From the NCBI GenBank assembly GCA_965247425.1, contig OZ252023.1, positions 4,064,575 to 4,128,574 of the forward strand: a stretch of 64,000 nt of DNA. Direction: 5' to 3'. Shown here one piece after another: positions 62,071 through 64,000 of this stretch (its first letter is position 1; every line of letters starts with the position of its first letter). The translations under genes were made by a program, and so were the position numbers. This DNA is from Terriglobia bacterium. GTDB lineage: Bacteria; Acidobacteriota; Terriglobia; 20CM-2-55-15. The notes beneath the pieces were generated by a model. That model was not told where the DNA came from. It saw nothing but the letters and a program-made list of their open reading frames with translations, and made no database searches.

Positions 62071-62784
62071 TTGCGCTACCCTCAGATTATGTTGGGACGA
62101 CGTCTTGCAGCCGCCCGCGAGCGAGCTGGTCTGAAGCAGGTGGATCTTGCCGTAGCCATCGGTGACGGGTACGACCAGTCGATGATCTCTCACGTCGAGG
62201 CCGGGCGAAAGCCGATACGGTTCGAGCGTGCGACGGTAGCTGCCCGCGAGTTGGGCGTCTCGCTCGACTACCTCGCGGGCCTAACCGACGACCCGACGCC
62301 CTCAGCCGAGCTTGCGGCAAGAGTTGGCGAACTCGCCGACGAAGCCGCCCTAGCCCTATCGCCCGAAATCCGTGAAGTTCCCGGCGCCCGCCCCATCCCT
62401 GTCCACCGGCTTGGGTCGGCGGCGGGCAGTGGCGCTCTGGATCTGGACGAAACGATCAAGGCCTACGCCTACTTCCGTCAAGACTGGCTCTCCAAGAAGG
62501 GCCTCATCCCGAACCGTTGCAACATCATTAACGTCATGGGCGAGTCGATGGAGCCGACCCTGCCCGACGGTTGCGTGATCCTGCTGGACCGTAACCGGAC
62601 GCGACGGCTACCAAGGCATATCTTCGTCGTGCGGACCGAGGCCGGCCTGATCGTCAAACGAGCGGGCAAGAACAAAGACGGCGGCTGGCAACTGGTCAGC
62701 GATCATCCATCGTGGAAGCCCGTGTCATGGCCGGACACCGCAGAGGTCATCGGCGAAGTGAAGTGGATGGCTAGGGAATTGTGA
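62071..62784 (+). CDS. CI/LexA-like phage repressor (XRE HTH + S24 peptidase domain)
   Basis: N-terminal HTH (LKQVDLAVAIGDGYDQSMISHVEAG). C-terminal S24 Ser/Lys dyad context (GESMEPTLPDGCVILLD…VKRAGK). Confidence 0.8.
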   Translation: MRYPQIMLGRRLAAARERAGLKQVDLAVAIGDGYDQSMISHVEAGRKPIRFERATVAARELGVSLDYLAGLTDDPTPSAELAARVGELADEAALALSPEIREVPGARPIPVHRLGSAAGSGALDLDETIKAYAYFRQDWLSKKGLIPNRCNIINVMGESMEPTLPDGCVILLDRNRTRRLPRHIFVVRTEAGLIVKRAGKNKDGGWQLVSDHPSWKPVSWPDTAEVIGEVKWMAREL

Positions 62785-62882
62785 GAGTCCCTACGTCTAG
62801 GTCGGGAGTCTGGGCGGAGTTCCGGGCGTCCGCAGGGCAGCGACCGGCAACACGCTGTTTTCGCTGGAAGTAGGAGGTTCAC

Positions 62883-63295
62883 TGGTTGCCGAGGCGGTGG
62901 TCGAGTCAGCCGAAGAAATTGTGTCGGGTGGGACCGAAGCTCAATTCCTTGCCGATCACCGAGACGGAGCACGGTTCGGGATGGCGGTGGCGAACCCGTC
63001 AAATCAAGCGATCAACGTATCGGTTCGGGTGGCAGATTTGCAGGGACAACAGATTGGAAGTACTACGGTGAACGTCTTCGCGGACGCCGCCCAAGCGTTT
63101 TTTGTGGACGATCTTCTAACGATACCGACAGGACATACCGGACAGGTTTTCATAGGAGCTACGGGGTCGCTCTATGCCCTACTTATTACTTGGATTTCGT
63201 CAGTCCTGGATGTTTCAGGGAAACCTCCTTCGTACGGATGGCGAAAACAAACTCAGCCAATGAGACGGCTGACAAATTGGGAGAACAGAGAATGA
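62883..63295 (+). CDS. hypothetical protein (prophage cargo), TTG start
   Basis: AGGAGG 8 nt upstream of a TTG. ORF ends overlapping the next gene start (ATGA). Confidence 0.3.
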
Positions 63296-63894
63296 ATATC
63301 AAGGCCGTCCACCGTAACCTCATGATGTCGATCATTCTGACCTCGTGCGTGACAGCATTCGCACAAGACGGACTCGAACTGAATGTGTCGACCGTCCGTG
63401 GCACGGCGTTGGAGGAACGCGGCAAACAACAACTACTCCGACTGGTTGAGGAATATGCTGTCGATCGTTGGATTTACACGCGTGACGTAGTCATCCAAAC
63501 TCGTGGTCTGGTCCGGAGCCATCCGGTACTGAGCCTAAACACTCAATACATACAAGATGACCACGCGCAGCTGGCCGTCTTTCTTCATGAACAATTTCAC
63601 TGGTTCCTAGTGGATAAAAGAGACTGGCGTGACGAAGCGATCGAGGAGCTTCGACTGCTGTATCCAGATGTTCCTGAATACTACGAGGGGGGAGCACGGA
63701 CAGAGGAAAGCACGTATCTTCATCTCGTCGTCTGTTCACTGGAATTCGATGCAGTGCGCACACTACTAGGTGAGGACGAAGCCAGACGGGTCATTAGCGA
63801 CAAGACCGTCTATCGCTGGATCTACAGGACCATTCTGGAAGATTATGACCGCCTTCACGATGTAATGGCGAAGCACGGTGTACTGTTGCCATAA
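63292..63894 (+). CDS. secreted hypothetical protein with an HExxH motif (putative zinc-dependent)
   Basis: Signal peptide MNIKAVHRNLMMSIILTSCVTAFAQ. FLHEQFHWF (HExxH). Lower GC than flanking chromosome. Confidence 0.5.
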   Translation: MNIKAVHRNLMMSIILTSCVTAFAQDGLELNVSTVRGTALEERGKQQLLRLVEEYAVDRWIYTRDVVIQTRGLVRSHPVLSLNTQYIQDDHAQLAVFLHEQFHWFLVDKRDWRDEAIEELRLLYPDVPEYYEGGARTEESTYLHLVVCSLEFDAVRTLLGEDEARRVISDKTVYRWIYRTILEDYDRLHDVMAKHGVLLP

Positions 63895-64000
63895 GGACGG
63901 GCAAGCATCAACGGCGGCGAATGCGCTTCGGTAGCGAGGGTCGCTGTTGAGCTCAAAGAGAAGAAACAAACGTAACCGCTGGCCACTCGTCAGCGATCAC

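Overview
High-GC bacterial chromosomal segment. The gene content (very large TonB-dependent receptors with carboxypeptidase-regulatory-like N-termini, giant multi-domain Ser/Thr kinases with TPR tails, many secreted CarbopepD_reg proteins) suggests an Acidobacteria-like soil bacterium.

Overview, 5' to 3':
- (i) 1–12.4 kb: a minus-strand lipid gene string. It reads desaturase – TonB receptor – PlsC-like acyltransferase – B12-binding radical SAM – two tandem patatin-like phospholipases. The second patatin gene is split by an IS21-family element (istA/istB, inverted repeats and a 5-bp target-site duplication are visible).
- (ii) 12.6–20.4 kb: two giant tandem signalling proteins sharing a C-terminal TolB-N-like + TPR module. 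One is an adenylate/guanylate-cyclase-like domain fused to two Ser/Thr kinase domains. The other is a complete GspE/PilB-type secretion ATPase fused to a CheY-like receiver. That fusion is unusual, has no secretion or pilus partners nearby, and carries a C-terminal frameshift.
- (iii) 20.5–36.2 kb: housekeeping and accessory genes. These are FKBP, Hsp20, AmpG, a CgeB-like glycosyltransferase–TPR with methyltransferases, an SSF transporter, a CopD/HemJ-like membrane protein next to a cupredoxin-like lipoprotein, and TrkA-Usp + CPA2.
- (iv) 36.3–36.8 kb: an integrase remnant beside tRNA-Arg(TCT).
- (v) 37–48.5 kb: central metabolism (KorAB, 2-oxoacid dehydrogenase E1α/E1β/E2, CysE). It is interspersed with tRNA-His and three MITE-like long-inverted-repeat elements.
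- (vi) 48.5–58.1 kb: a REP-like palindromic repeat family, thiC behind a clear TPP riboswitch, ErpA, YjbQ, a SufT-like DUF59 protein, FolB, TrxB and an aminotransferase. A 709-aa radical SAM enzyme with an N-terminal rubredoxin-like Cys knuckle sits here; I infer it is a Tes/Mss-type membrane-spanning-lipid synthase homolog.
- (vii) 58.2–64 kb: tRNA-Arg(TCG) followed by a prophage-like island. It contains an AlpA-like excisionase, an AAA_24 ATPase, a Cas4-like Fe-S PD-(D/E)XK nuclease, divergent cro/cI with two 18-bp palindromic operators, and lower-GC cargo including a secreted HExxH protein.

No rRNA or CRISPR arrays are present.
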